DNA of 64,000 bases. It comes from a virus. Below the pieces are notes generated by a model that searched no databases, had not been told where the DNA came from, and was given only the letters and a program-made list of their open reading frames with translations. The position numbers and the translations under genes are program-made. How positions within the stretch are numbered: position 1 is the stretch's first letter; the number at the start of each line of letters is the position of its first letter. Shown here piece by piece: positions 35,953-46,900 of the stretch. The DNA is taken from the IMG/VR virus record IMGVR_UViG_3300041585_000108, positions 1-64,000 of that record, one strand, 5' to 3'.

Positions 35953-37180
35953 TGGCAAAAGGGTTTTCATAAATTTCTTTGACAACACCTCTGTTGATAT
36001 CCCAATCTAAAAATACTCCAAAGTCATGTCCATGTCTATTTTTTCTAGAAACAATTTCAATCATATCGGTACCCTTGTACTTATGAATAGCCATAGCCAT
36101 ATCTGCATCATACTCAATTGCTTTAGACCATGCAACCTGACTCATCATTGGAGGGTTATCTTGATCTGTAATATCATCTGCTGTGGCAGCAGTAATATCG
36201 ATAATAGGAATATTGTTTCTTACCGCTAAGTTTTTAAACTCACGAGAAATATTCATATTGCGTTCTGTTGGTGCCTTAGAATTATTATTATCTGTAAATA
36301 GCTGATGGTAATCAAGGATAACAATGTCTGGCTTATGCTGATCAATCTTAGCTTGAATAGCATTTGGCGTTACGTTTCCAGAGCCTTCATTTGAAACTAA
36401 AATAAACTTATTCTTGTCCGCAAACTTTTTACTAGACCATGTTCTGAAGTCATCAATATTAATATCGCCTTTAGAAAAATCACTGGCCTTAAATAAACCA
36501 GATCCAAGCATAGTATAAATACGATCACGCATATTCTCTGGAGTCATTTCAAGAGAAACAATCATTGGCTTAAATCCTTGCTCCCAAGCTTTGCAAGCTA
36601 AATATGAGGTAAACCATGTCTTTCCTCTTCCTGGCCAACCAATGGCTACGATAAGGTGTCCTGGAGCCATTCCAGTAGGGTATGCTAAATCGATTGACTG
36701 AAATCCTGTCCTAATACCTGGAGAGCCACCCATCTCGTCTGTACGGACCTTCAGAGCCATTAAATGCTTAATTGCATTATCTGCATCAGTTACATCTAGG
36801 TCTCTTACGTTATTAGTATATTTGTTTAAACTAGAAAGCTGAGATTGCAATTCTCCAATTACTCTGGAGGCTACATCTTCTTTTAGCATTGAGCCGCCTC
36901 GAATAAGAATACTCTTTAGTTTATGAGAAAGAAATTCATTCTTAAGATTATCTAAATAGTATGCTGTTTCTGCAGTAGCATTTAAATCTGGCTCAAAGTC
37001 TTTAAACTTTTCTTGCAGTATTCCAACTTCAGGTATTGACTTAAACTTATTGTAATAGGATTTTAATCCATCCCAAACATCTCCGTGGGAGGTAAATAAC
37101 TCATCTACATTTTCAGCCATGACTGTGCTGATATCTTTATTCTTGCATATAGCAGAAATTAACGTAGCTTCTGTATTCAT
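35933..37180 (-). CDS. dnaB: Replicative DnaB-like helicase
   Basis: GWPGRGKT, SLEM, LDYHQL, IEYDAD and KNRHG motifs. Confidence 0.93.
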   Translation of the reverse strand: MNTEATLISAICKNKDISTVMAENVDELFTSHGDVWDGLKSYYNKFKSIPEVGILQEKFKDFEPDLNATAETAYYLDNLKNEFLSHKLKSILIRGGSMLKEDVASRVIGELQSQLSSLNKYTNNVRDLDVTDADNAIKHLMALKVRTDEMGGSPGIRTGFQSIDLAYPTGMAPGHLIVAIGWPGRGKTWFTSYLACKAWEQGFKPMIVSLEMTPENMRDRIYTMLGSGLFKASDFSKGDINIDDFRTWSSKKFADKNKFILVSNEGSGNVTPNAIQAKIDQHKPDIVILDYHQLFTDNNNSKAPTERNMNISREFKNLAVRNNIPIIDITAATADDITDQDNPPMMSQVAWSKAIEYDADMAMAIHKYKGTDMIEIVSRKNRHGHDFGVFLDWDINRGVVKEIYENPFANDAQKN

Positions 37181-37497
37181 AATCCGCCTTCTTCCACCAT
37201 TTTTTTAGTATGCTCTCGCAGTAAACGACGAGTTTCAAAATCTTTTTTTAATTCTATCCTAGCTTGATCCATTTTGTCAAAGTTATAATAGAAGAACTGT
37301 AGAGGGTGGCCAGTTTTTTCTAATGAAAAATAATAGCTTAATAGATCTGAGGCTTTATCAAATCCAACGCTATCTATTACATCCTGCATAGCCCATTTTT
37401 CTCTAAATTTATTTAAAGTAGCTGGCTTATTATATTTATCTCTATACAAGTTTTGATAAAGCGTCATAAGGATATATGGATCTTTATTATTTGCCAT
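37177..37497 (-). CDS. Hypothetical protein (replication-associated)
   Basis: ORF track; coupled to helicase. Confidence 0.6.
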   Translation of the reverse strand: MANNKDPYILMTLYQNLYRDKYNKPATLNKFREKWAMQDVIDSVGFDKASDLLSYYFSLEKTGHPLQFFYYNFDKMDQARIELKKDFETRRLLREHTKKMVEEGGL

Positions 37498-37690
37498 TCT
37501 TAAGCTCTTCTTCTACCTCACTTGTTTTTTGAATTAGCTTGCTTTCTACAAAAGCGTATATTCTTTCTGTGGCAGCATCTACTGTTTCCCCCTGCCTAAC
37601 ATCATCTTCAATGCCTACACCAATCTTAATGCTCTCATAGTTACCTAAATTTCTAGTAAATGATAGATCTACTTTAACTCTTGTTGTCAT
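37487..37690 (-). CDS. Hypothetical phage protein (TRNLGNYESIK motif)
   Basis: ORF track. Confidence 0.65.
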   Translation of the reverse strand: MTTRVKVDLSFTRNLGNYESIKIGVGIEDDVRQGETVDAATERIYAFVESKLIQKTSEVEEELKNGK

Positions 37691-38172
37691 TACTCCGCCT
37701 TCCATACTGGTACAAACCCGCTGTCTGTCTTAGTATACAATATAAAACTATGTTTGAGAAGAGCTAATAGCTCAGCTTTAGATGGAACATTTTTGGAATG
37801 CCCAGACTCCAAAATATACTCATGTAAGTCAAGTACATCCTTATCGCTAAACATATACTTATACCAACCTTGGCCTGGCTCATTGCCTATTGGATAAATT
37901 TTTTGAGGAGTCTTAATTTTTTCCTCTAAAATATAATCTTGAATTGTTACTCTATGCTTGTTAAGCATATTTCCTACTTGAACAATGCTATAGGCATTAC
38001 CCATGCTTTTATTTACTTCAGAGTATGGGTACAAAACTCTTTTATTGTCTGGATAACACCACGCAAACAACTGGTCTTTTGCTCTTGAAGAGCTTAAGAC
38101 TTTATGTATCTTTTCGTTTAAGAAGAAATACCGTATCGCTTTGAGTGATTTTCTTCTATATTTTCCAGCCAT
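37690..38172 (-). CDS. Putative HTH DNA-binding protein
   Basis: YSIVQVGNMLNKHRVTIQDY HTH-like segment. Confidence 0.55.
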   Translation of the reverse strand: MAGKYRRKSLKAIRYFFLNEKIHKVLSSSRAKDQLFAWCYPDNKRVLYPYSEVNKSMGNAYSIVQVGNMLNKHRVTIQDYILEEKIKTPQKIYPIGNEPGQGWYKYMFSDKDVLDLHEYILESGHSKNVPSKAELLALLKHSFILYTKTDSGFVPVWKAE

Positions 38173-38306
38173 TGTCCCAACTTATTTGTATTCTTATTCA
38201 TCATCCAGCGCTTGCCGCACATGATGCAAAACAACTCTATATGCATTTTTTGAGAGAATACCCTATCTACAAACACTCTGCCTCTGCATTTATCACAAGT
38301 TATCAT
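38118..38306 (-). CDS. Zn-ribbon protein
   Basis: CDKC...CIMCG. Confidence 0.65.
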   Translation of the reverse strand: MITCDKCRGRVFVDRVFSQKMHIELFCIMCGKRWMMNKNTNKLGQWLENIEENHSKRYGISS

Positions 38307-39103
38307 ACTTGAAATACTTTCCCATCTACTACGCATGAGTAATCTGGGGAAACATGAATCATCTGAATGTGTGGATAGTCATTAACAATATGAGCAACCG
38401 CAAATCCTTTTTGCCAATCATGGTGCTGAGTATACTTCATGCCTGGACCCTTTTCATCACACATGTGACCAATCTCATATCCACGAAGAACTTCGCCTTG
38501 TCCATTGTTTCTGAGTTCATAGGTTACCATATGAGAAGCAATTCTATGAGAGTGTCCTCTAATTAAAGATACCTGCATGTCTTCCATGTCTTTTTTTACT
38601 GATCCACCTGCTGCAATTGAAAGTCCGTGGTGAACGTGAATGTCTCCAAAACGACGCTTTGGAAGTGCATCATAAAATATATAATCGTAGCCTAAAGAAT
38701 CTAAACTCCACAAAGCTTCTGGTGTTACTTCTTTTGCATAATCTGGAAGCTTCTTGTCAATATAATCAAATATTCTGATGTCGTGATTTCCTAAAGCAGA
38801 AAACAATTGAGCTTGTGGAAGCATTTCTCTTGTTTTTGCATAAAAATCTCGTGCGCCTTTTGCTTCATGTCGCATCATTGGAACAATTAAATCACGACTA
38901 TCATCTTTGTGAAGTTGCATAAATTCTGCAGAACGCCCTTCAGTATATTTACTATAACATGCTTGATCATCTGTATCACCAAGGTAGTCTACAACATCTG
39001 GCTTAAACCACTTCATAACCTTAAACCAAAGCTCAATCATTTTATCATCTTGATAGGGGAATTGCTGATCAGATGAGAGCATCCATTTTAAATCGTTAGA
39101 CAT
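38303..39103 (-). CDS. Calcineurin-like metallophosphoesterase
   Basis: SDQQ, LGD..D, GNHD, HHG and GHSH motifs. Confidence 0.88.
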   Translation of the reverse strand: MSNDLKWMLSSDQQFPYQDDKMIELWFKVMKWFKPDVVDYLGDTDDQACYSKYTEGRSAEFMQLHKDDSRDLIVPMMRHEAKGARDFYAKTREMLPQAQLFSALGNHDIRIFDYIDKKLPDYAKEVTPEALWSLDSLGYDYIFYDALPKRRFGDIHVHHGLSIAAGGSVKKDMEDMQVSLIRGHSHRIASHMVTYELRNNGQGEVLRGYEIGHMCDEKGPGMKYTQHHDWQKGFAVAHIVNDYPHIQMIHVSPDYSCVVDGKVFQV

Positions 39104-39122
39104 TATTTCCTCAATGTTAATA

Positions 39123-39142
39123 GGCCATGAATATTCATGGCC
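39123..39142. promoter_or_regulatory. Perfect 20-bp palindrome GGCCATGAATATTCATGGCC
   Basis: Lies between promoter (TTGACA 39180-39185, TACAAT 39158-39163) and the first gene of the replication module. Confidence 0.7.
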
Positions 39143-39194
39143 CATACGCTACATCAAATTGTAGCATATGGGTTTAGATTGTCAATACTTTATA

Positions 39195-39605
39195 TTATCC
39201 TACAGCAATCCATTGAACATATACTTCCCCGTTTGAGGTTGCTCCAATTGGAAGCATGCTTATGGTAAATCCAGAAGCTGTTAGAGATGTAACTACTGGA
39301 AGATATTTATGCTTTAAAAAGTTTGCAGTGCTTGCTTGCCATATGGTGCATGTTATATTTGGCTGAGCATTAAAAGGTGCATCAAATGTTACTGTTGCCT
39401 TGCCTGTACCTGCAGTATTTACTGGAACCTTAAGTCTGCTAGATTTAATGCTTTTAGTAACTGGTGCATTTTCTGATCCGCCAGTTTCAAATGTTGCATT
39501 TGATAGCTTATTAATTGTATTGATGTTGGCTATAATACTTCTCATTACTTCTGAGGTAATAGGGTCCCCATCATTTATCTGCATTGGTTCTAGTTGTGCT
39601 GCCAT
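39195..39605 (-). CDS. Putative tail-associated protein
   Basis: VTF..PF...PNI..T...T.SGF.I....V.WIAVG beta-sandwich pattern. Confidence 0.55.
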   Translation of the reverse strand: MAAQLEPMQINDGDPITSEVMRSIIANINTINKLSNATFETGGSENAPVTKSIKSSRLKVPVNTAGTGKATVTFDAPFNAQPNITCTIWQASTANFLKHKYLPVVTSLTASGFTISMLPIGATSNGEVYVQWIAVG

Positions 39606-39752
39606 CTACTTCTCCTCAGACTCCATATTTTTTTGTGTTTCTTGAAGCTGTGTGATTTCAGCACGAAGAATTGCAACATGAGTCTCATATTGTGAGACTA
39701 GTTGGCCTATGCGTTCTTGTAAAGCTTGTACTACTAGTTCTAATTTATCCAT
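39606..39752 (-). CDS. Small coiled-coil protein
   Basis: Manual translation; AGGAG SD. Confidence 0.65.
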   Translation of the reverse strand: MDKLELVVQALQERIGQLVSQYETHVAILRAEITQLQETQKNMESEEK

Positions 39753-39785
39753 TATATCTCCTTTTTGATTTAATTAAGAATACCA

Positions 39786-42590
39786 TTATGATTCAAGTAC
39801 GTCAAGCCTGGCAGAAATAGATGTTAGGGCAGAGCTAATCTCTTGTATTGCTGAAACAATATATGGAATTAGATTTGTTGTCATGACTGATTGATAATCT
39901 GGATCTCCATTTTCATCTACCCCATCCTTTGCTCCCTGCACAAAATCTGGAAACGGTTCGGCAAACTCGTGTGCAATAAAACCTATCTGAGTGTTACGCT
40001 CAGAGTCTGATTTCATAATAAAGGTTCTTACTTTAGCCATATTAATTTTTTCAAGCCCGCCAGAGTAATCTTGTATATTGTCTTTTAGTCTATAATCTGA
40101 AGGACCTCTAAAAGAAGGAGTCCCAGTACTTATATTTATGCCTCCAGCATCAGACATACTATTAAAACTTGATGAGTACATGAATCTAATAGCTTCTACT
40201 GTTCCGCTTGTTGCATATCTTCCAAACCAACCTGCAGGCCCATCAGTTCTTTTTGTAACCATAGATCCATTAGGGTTTAATGACACACTAGTATTTGTAT
40301 CAGACGGCGTGGAAGTAGCAAATCCAGTAGATATAGAATAAAGAAAGTTAATTATTGGTCTATTTGAATAAATCTTCCCACTTTGGCTATAACCGCCAAA
40401 ATAAAGATCAGCGCCATTTTGTGCAGTTAATATAATGTCATTCTGTGCAAAGCCGCCAAAACCAGCATTTGTAAAAAGTCCTGAACCACTGTTAAACATT
40501 AATGCAGAGGAACCAATGTCTAAACGTTGTGTGCCAGAAGTAACAGCAATTGCCCCTCCTGATAAAAATCCAGATGAAGTATCTGTTAGTGTAAGCGTAG
40601 CATCACTACCTAGTACTGTAGTTTTTGTTCCAGAAATAAGTCTTACAACTCCACTAAATTCACCAGAGGCTCCAGTTATATCTCCTTTAAATGTTGCGCT
40701 TCCATTAAAAGCGTCTATAGAAAATGTTGATTGATTTAAAGAATTGTATGCTGCTATTCCAGCACTATTCATAACAACTCTTGCTCCAGTCCCTGGAGCC
40801 GATGCATTAGCATTACCATTAGAAAATACAGTAATTCCCGCTGAATTTATTGCAGTTATATTATTATTAGAGTCTGTTATTGTGCTAGTGCTTTTTGTTA
40901 GTTTTGTAGCTATAGCATTGTTTGCTGCTGTCACATTTGTATTAGTTGTTGTTAAATTTGTATTAGTTGTTGTTAAATTTGTATTAGTTGTTGTTAGTTG
41001 ATCAGTAGTTGCATATCCAGAAATTGTTGTTCCTGAGCCAAATACCGCACCATTCACAAAAAGCGTTCCATCGGATCTAACTCTAAATTTTGCATTTGCA
41101 TCTGGAATATTGTTTCCTGCCCATGCAAGCCAAGTAGAAGAAGCAAATGAGTATCCATTATGTAAATAAAATGCTGTTGTTGCGTTTGCTCCTAATTGTA
41201 TAAAGCCAGTGCTGTCTAAAATAACATTGTTTTTAGATAGCGTGGTGCCACTTAAATTCCATCCCGCAATAGCTCCAGCATTTGCAGTTATTGTTCCAGT
41301 TGCTGCTGAAAGTATTACTGAGTTTGTTCCACTTGCAACCTTTAATCCAGTTGAGTTAAGTGCAAATCCGTTCCCAGTTAAATTTCCAGTAGCATTATCT
41401 ATTGTTCCGTTATATATAGAAGCTCCTGTTGTAGACATAAAGATATTACCACTAAAAGTTCCGCCTTTAGCATTTACATCCCCATCTACAGTAAATTTAG
41501 TTCCGTCCCAAGAAATGTAATTGGACGTACTTCCTCCTACTTTAAGCAAGGCTGACTGATTAGAGTCTATGTACCAGTAATTGTTTGCATTGAAGGAGAG
41601 CCCTCTTTTGCCAGGCTCTACGCCATATCCAAACTTAAACATTCCTATGTCACCCGTTGAACTTGCACCAAAATATCCAGTAGTTGTTACGTTAGTTCCA
41701 ATATAAGGAGTGCCTGATGAAACAACATTTCCTCCAGAAATATATGAAGATGATATGTTATTGTACTCGTCATATGTAGCAACTGCTATTTTATATGTAG
41801 CCCCTGCTGCTAACCCTGCAATTTTATATGAAGTTCCAGTTCCTGGAGAATCAACATATGAATATACTGGGGATGCTCCAATATCACTAGTAAACCTAAT
41901 TCTATATCCTCTAATCCCGCCGCCTGTAACTGGTGCCCAAGATACTAGGGCAAAAGAATTAAATCCTATGCTTCCAGATGCGTCTATTCCTCCACTAGTA
42001 GTAACTAAAGAAACGTTTTCAGGACCAACCGTATCTACTGTAATTGGATCGGTAGCTTGAAATGGACCAAACACAACACTTTTTTTATGATAGTCCTGAT
42101 CTCTTGTGTCTACACGTATCCACCTATTGTTTGTATTTGAAACTAATATTGTTGCTGAATTTCCAGTACCATTCCAAACAAGATATTCTTCTCCAGTAAA
42201 TGTTCCAGTCAAACTTTCATAAATTTGTGCATCAATAAACCATTTATTGTTGGCCAAGCTTTTATCTATTGCATCCCACTTAACGCCATACAGCAAAAGC
42301 CCTGGGGTAACAACTAAATTTGTAACTGGCATAGTAAAATCTGGAACCTCTAAAGTAAATATAAAGTTTGCTGATCTTGGTCCATATATAACCTGAGATG
42401 GATTTTCTGTATCCTGATAAGCATAAGCAAAAGAAAATGGGTACACTCCATTTGCTATTACATTTAATCCAGATCTTTCTACTATAAAAGAACCTGCTGT
42501 TTGTTTTGAAGCAGCAATTGCAGGATTACTTTGTTGTTCTGCAGGGACATTGTTTTTTCCTCCGTCTAAAGCAGATATTTTAAAAACCAT
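39786..42590 (-). CDS. Tail fibre/spike with FN3-like domain and C-terminal S74 autochaperone
   Basis: FN3-like W..V..GYRI..GL...TY.IAV; SDYRLKDNI...GFIAHE S74 motif; TTTNTNL heptad repeats near 40937-41000. Confidence 0.85.
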   Translation of the reverse strand: MVFKISALDGGKNNVPAEQQSNPAIAASKQTAGSFIVERSGLNVIANGVYPFSFAYAYQDTENPSQVIYGPRSANFIFTLEVPDFTMPVTNLVVTPGLLLYGVKWDAIDKSLANNKWFIDAQIYESLTGTFTGEEYLVWNGTGNSATILVSNTNNRWIRVDTRDQDYHKKSVVFGPFQATDPITVDTVGPENVSLVTTSGGIDASGSIGFNSFALVSWAPVTGGGIRGYRIRFTSDIGASPVYSYVDSPGTGTSYKIAGLAAGATYKIAVATYDEYNNISSSYISGGNVVSSGTPYIGTNVTTTGYFGASSTGDIGMFKFGYGVEPGKRGLSFNANNYWYIDSNQSALLKVGGSTSNYISWDGTKFTVDGDVNAKGGTFSGNIFMSTTGASIYNGTIDNATGNLTGNGFALNSTGLKVASGTNSVILSAATGTITANAGAIAGWNLSGTTLSKNNVILDSTGFIQLGANATTAFYLHNGYSFASSTWLAWAGNNIPDANAKFRVRSDGTLFVNGAVFGSGTTISGYATTDQLTTTNTNLTTTNTNLTTTNTNVTAANNAIATKLTKSTSTITDSNNNITAINSAGITVFSNGNANASAPGTGARVVMNSAGIAAYNSLNQSTFSIDAFNGSATFKGDITGASGEFSGVVRLISGTKTTVLGSDATLTLTDTSSGFLSGGAIAVTSGTQRLDIGSSALMFNSGSGLFTNAGFGGFAQNDIILTAQNGADLYFGGYSQSGKIYSNRPIINFLYSISTGFATSTPSDTNTSVSLNPNGSMVTKRTDGPAGWFGRYATSGTVEAIRFMYSSSFNSMSDAGGINISTGTPSFRGPSDYRLKDNIQDYSGGLEKINMAKVRTFIMKSDSERNTQIGFIAHEFAEPFPDFVQGAKDGVDENGDPDYQSVMTTNLIPYIVSAIQEISSALTSISARLDVLES

Positions 42591-43474
42591 TATAAAAACC
42601 CTAAATTAATTTTATATTCTATGTCCATCTCAACACCTAGTGCTTTTACTATTGGAGTGGACAAAACTGATCTGCTTATTAATCCATATTGAGTATTGTA
42701 CGAGTCTTCATCGTTTAGCCTTAATCCATCTAGCAATATAATGCAGGTACCAGTATTTTTTGCTTTGGCGCCAATTTCTATTCTTGTAATTAAAGAAAAA
42801 TTAACTGAGCCAGAAAAAAATCCAGAGTTAAATAAATCAGACAAGGGTTTTTTAATAATTTTATTTCCTACTGTTGTATCGGAATTAAATCTTATTTCTT
42901 TGTAATTCGTGGGAGAACTATAAAACCTAACATAAATATAGTCTAGGTTTAAATCTTGTTGCCTAAAAGCAATAGTTAATCCATCATTTACTCCATAACC
43001 AGAAATATCAAATATTGTATCTAGGCTATATGATTTTGATGAATTAGACAAAGCGGATACGATAAAATAAGATGATCCAATCCTTGGAGCTGGAGATAAA
43101 GCCAAAACAGGTTGGTTTCCATTTTCATCATACCAAGAAGAAACATTTTCAAAGGACGATATATACTGAGATGAATAGTCTGTATTTTGAAGATTTGCTG
43201 TAGGGAATAGACCTATCTCTGAAATAATGCCTTCTACGTCTGGAGGCAGAGTAGTTTTATAAACTATTGAGTAGGTTGTTTCTCCAGTAGATGTATTTGT
43301 TTGTATGTCGGAGCTTCCTAAAAAAACACCTGATCTGTAAAACTCAAACTGCATGTCTTTGTCGTTGTCATTTTCAGCTTGAGGACCTATGCCTACTGCA
43401 ATATCTTTTTGGTTAAAGTTTAATCCATTAGATAGGTAAGAAGTTATAAATCTTTTACCAAATTTTGTTATCAT
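42590..43474 (-). CDS. Minor tail protein
   Basis: Position; ITKFG...ISEIGLF pattern. Confidence 0.65.
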   Translation of the reverse strand: MITKFGKRFITSYLSNGLNFNQKDIAVGIGPQAENDNDKDMQFEFYRSGVFLGSSDIQTNTSTGETTYSIVYKTTLPPDVEGIISEIGLFPTANLQNTDYSSQYISSFENVSSWYDENGNQPVLALSPAPRIGSSYFIVSALSNSSKSYSLDTIFDISGYGVNDGLTIAFRQQDLNLDYIYVRFYSSPTNYKEIRFNSDTTVGNKIIKKPLSDLFNSGFFSGSVNFSLITRIEIGAKAKNTGTCIILLDGLRLNDEDSYNTQYGLISRSVLSTPIVKALGVEMDIEYKINLGFL

Positions 43475-43893
43475 ATTATAATCACACCTGTCACTAAATC
43501 TCCTGCACTATTTTTTACTTCAAATTTTACTTTTAAGAATCTATTGTTATTTGAATCGTAGTATATGTCTGGGTCTAATATTGTTTGACCAGATGAGTAT
43601 CTAGCTCCAGTTTTTCCTATTAAAGTAATATCTTCTAAATTTGGCGATGGTAGTGGAACTACCTCTGGATCTTTAGGTTCATCTGAATTGTTTAGATTTT
43701 CTAGATCTTCTAGATTTTCATCTCCAGGAACACTTTCAACATAAGTCTTATCTGTGGCACCAGTATATAGATTTACTAAATCATATTGATCTGTTTTTAA
43801 TACCCCAATTAAATCAGAGTCTAGTGGTAGTTGAACCTTTACTCCACCTGCTACCTGAGCATTACCAATTTTTGGGTTTTTCTTATTTACCAT
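43471..43893 (-). CDS. Hypothetical structural protein
   Basis: ORF track; leaderless TAGAAT-6-ATG. Confidence 0.55.
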   Translation of the reverse strand: MVNKKNPKIGNAQVAGGVKVQLPLDSDLIGVLKTDQYDLVNLYTGATDKTYVESVPGDENLEDLENLNNSDEPKDPEVVPLPSPNLEDITLIGKTGARYSSGQTILDPDIYYDSNNNRFLKVKFEVKNSAGDLVTGVIII

Positions 43894-43913
43894 ATTAAGA
43901 TTCTACCATTTCA

Positions 43914-46900
43914 TTAAACATAAATCGACCTACAAACTATTTTTGTTGATGGCGATTGACTGTACCCTTGCTCAATATCCAAGACTATATATTTGCCAGA
44001 TACCTGACCTACATCTTCTGTTGAATATACTAGGTTACTTGGGTAAGATATCTCTACAATATCTCCAGTTTCTATTAATGGGTTTGGGAATATATCTAGA
44101 GATAAAACAGTTTGTTGTTTAGACCATTGTGTTCTCATCCAATCTGAAAGAGCTTTAGCCTCTGATTCTTTTTGAATCCATGTAGATTCAAATGCTACCT
44201 GCTCCTCATTTTTTGTAGACAAAAACTCTGGATCAATGTACTCAAATGGGTCTAAAGGAGCTATTGTTTCTCCTACAACTATAAAGCTTTTTTCTCCGCC
44301 GTCTGCTAAATCAACAAATGTTCCTGTGTTATTTAAAATGTATGCATCAATTCCAAAGGATGTGGCATTGTATCCAAGCAGGGAAACATTTGGGTTTAAT
44401 ATAATTTGTGGGTATTTTACAAATCCTGGGCGGGTGGCATATCTGGTAGATATTTTTTTAATCTCTCTAGCAACTGGGCCAAACTCTTGAACCCAAGGAG
44501 CTTTTGCAGTACTTGATGAAGTTCCGCTAGCTAAAAAATCTCCAAATATATTTTTTAAAGAAGTTGCTGCTCCTATATAAGACCCATAATTGTCGTAGCT
44601 GGAAGGCTTAAGAAAATCATCTTTGCTTAAAACTGAAGTATATATATAATCAAATGCAGACTCACCTAAAATTCCTATCAGTCCTACCTTGTTTGTCATA
44701 GTTATTGATTCATTCCCCACGGAAGTGTCTGTTGCAGTAATTGTACTGTTATTAAATTTAATCTTAAATATTCTTTTTCCAACACTTTGAGAAACCTTAA
44801 CTTCTATTCTGTAAAGTTCTCCGCCAGATACTCCAGTAATTGAATTGTCTTCAGTTTTTTGAGTATCAGATATTGGTGTTTCAATTCCATTTTTTATTTT
44901 AACTAATTGTACGTCTCTAGAACTTAATCCTTTGTTTGCAACGTTTTGAGAAGTAGACATTTTTAATATATATCCATCTAAGTTGTTTGCAGACAATCCA
45001 ATACCTAGTCCTGCAGACACACTTTGCTCTCCAGTAATTCTTCCATTAGAATCTGTGGCTAATTTAAAAAACATTGCTGTGCCAATAGAAAAATATTGTT
45101 CTGCTGCAAATGGTTCTGATGTTGTAGTTGCGTAATAATAGTAATCGCTTTTAGGTGGAACGACTATCTTTAACAAAGATCTGGATATTTTTTTTGCAGA
45201 TCCGTCTGTTTCCTGTAAAGAAAAAATTGATTGTTCTAGCGTATTAGTTTTTGTTACTGACTTTGCCGTTGGAATATTTACTTTGGATCCAGACCATAAA
45301 CTTTTAATGCTATCTAGGTTTACTTCGTGAGAATCTCCTACCCCTATTCCTTTGCCAGTTGCATCAAATGCATTTCTTTCTTTAATTCTATATTTTAACG
45401 TTGGCTTGAATGAACCAATTACGCTTTCTCCTAAAAATTTTGCAATGTCGGAGTCAGACGTGATCCACTTATTTACAATTGTATTTGGAGCGCTGATGGG
45501 CTTATATTGAAATTGAATTGCGTCATACTCAATAATCTCTTTGTTTATTAAAAAGTAACCGCTCTTATTGTAAAAAGAAGTGTCTGTTAGTCCGCTGTAT
45601 ACTGTTATTGGCGACAAAGATATTGTTCCTAGTTTAGCTGCTGGATCATTTACTAAATCAACTGGTGCAGATGCATTTAAAGTTTCTTGTAGTGCCGCTG
45701 CCCCTAACGCAGAAGGAGGGGAGACATATAGGTTATCTGAAGCTCCAGTATAGTTTGTACTAATAATTGGAGTGTATATAACCTTAGCAGCTTTAACAGA
45801 AGGAACAGTTTCTTTTGTCAAAGAAATAATGTTAGGAAGATTAGAAGATTTTTTTTCGCTTCTAAGCTTAAAGCTAGAAGGTCTTTCTTTATCAAACAAA
45901 TAATCTCTTGGATAAAACTGAAGTTTATCGTAGTTATCAAATGTAGCAATCATTTGAGTATCTCTGCACAGATCTTGTATATGCTGCCAAACAGTTTTAG
46001 TATCATCTGTAAACCAATAAAGGGGAACAATAGTTGCAGAGTCCACAACAGATAAATTATTTTTGCCATAAGTATTAAAGTTATAGCTTGTAAATCCAAC
46101 TCCATCTAGAAGTCTTCTAATAATAGCCTGAGAAGGAGCATTTTGAATTACTATGTCTGGGGCTATTATTTCTTGTAAAAATTTTGCTCCGTCTAAGCCC
46201 TGGATATCAATATCTCCAAACTCAGATATAGTAAATGAGTCTATGTAAAATACTCCTTGAGGTATTGTGTCTGAGCCTATTATATTAAATGGCATTACCT
46301 TTACATTCTTATAAAGATTTATATTTGATTTATCAAATGCTTTTGTCTTGTCGTATTCTATTCCTTTTCTGTCAAATCCTTCCAGATTTAAAGTAAGTGC
46401 ATTTGATGTAACTATTCCAACTGGGACTATACCAGCAGAATCATCAGAAGACATCTTTGATATTTGAAAAGCAACTATTCTATCTGAAACGTCTTGAATA
46501 TATCTTGCGCTTACCTCTATTACTCCTAAAAATGAGTTTGCAGTATTTATTGACGTAACTGTAATAATTATTTTTTTAATGTTAAATGGAATAGCTGGAG
46601 ATAAAAATTTTGTGGTGCTCCAGGTAGACCCATTGTAATAAAGATTAAATACCCCATCATCTGGGACCACTCCATTTGTAGATATAGTTGTTTTTACTCC
46701 TGCATGATTTTCAACTTCAATGGTCCATGCTGTTGGCTTAGAGTAAGAAGTTTCAAATTTAACAACAATATTATTTGTAACCGCAGTTTTAGCAGCTGGA
46801 TACTCAACAGTAAAATTGCAATTAGATAAAGATGTTCCTAGCGCTTGAGGGGAAAGCCAAAATTTGTATTGAAGCTTAGAGCTAGAAAAATAAATTCTTG

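Noticed and set aside
22986-37180. Inteins or introns in terL, recA, dnaE or dnaB
   Set aside because: Lengths are normal, frames are continuous, and no intein splice motifs were seen.
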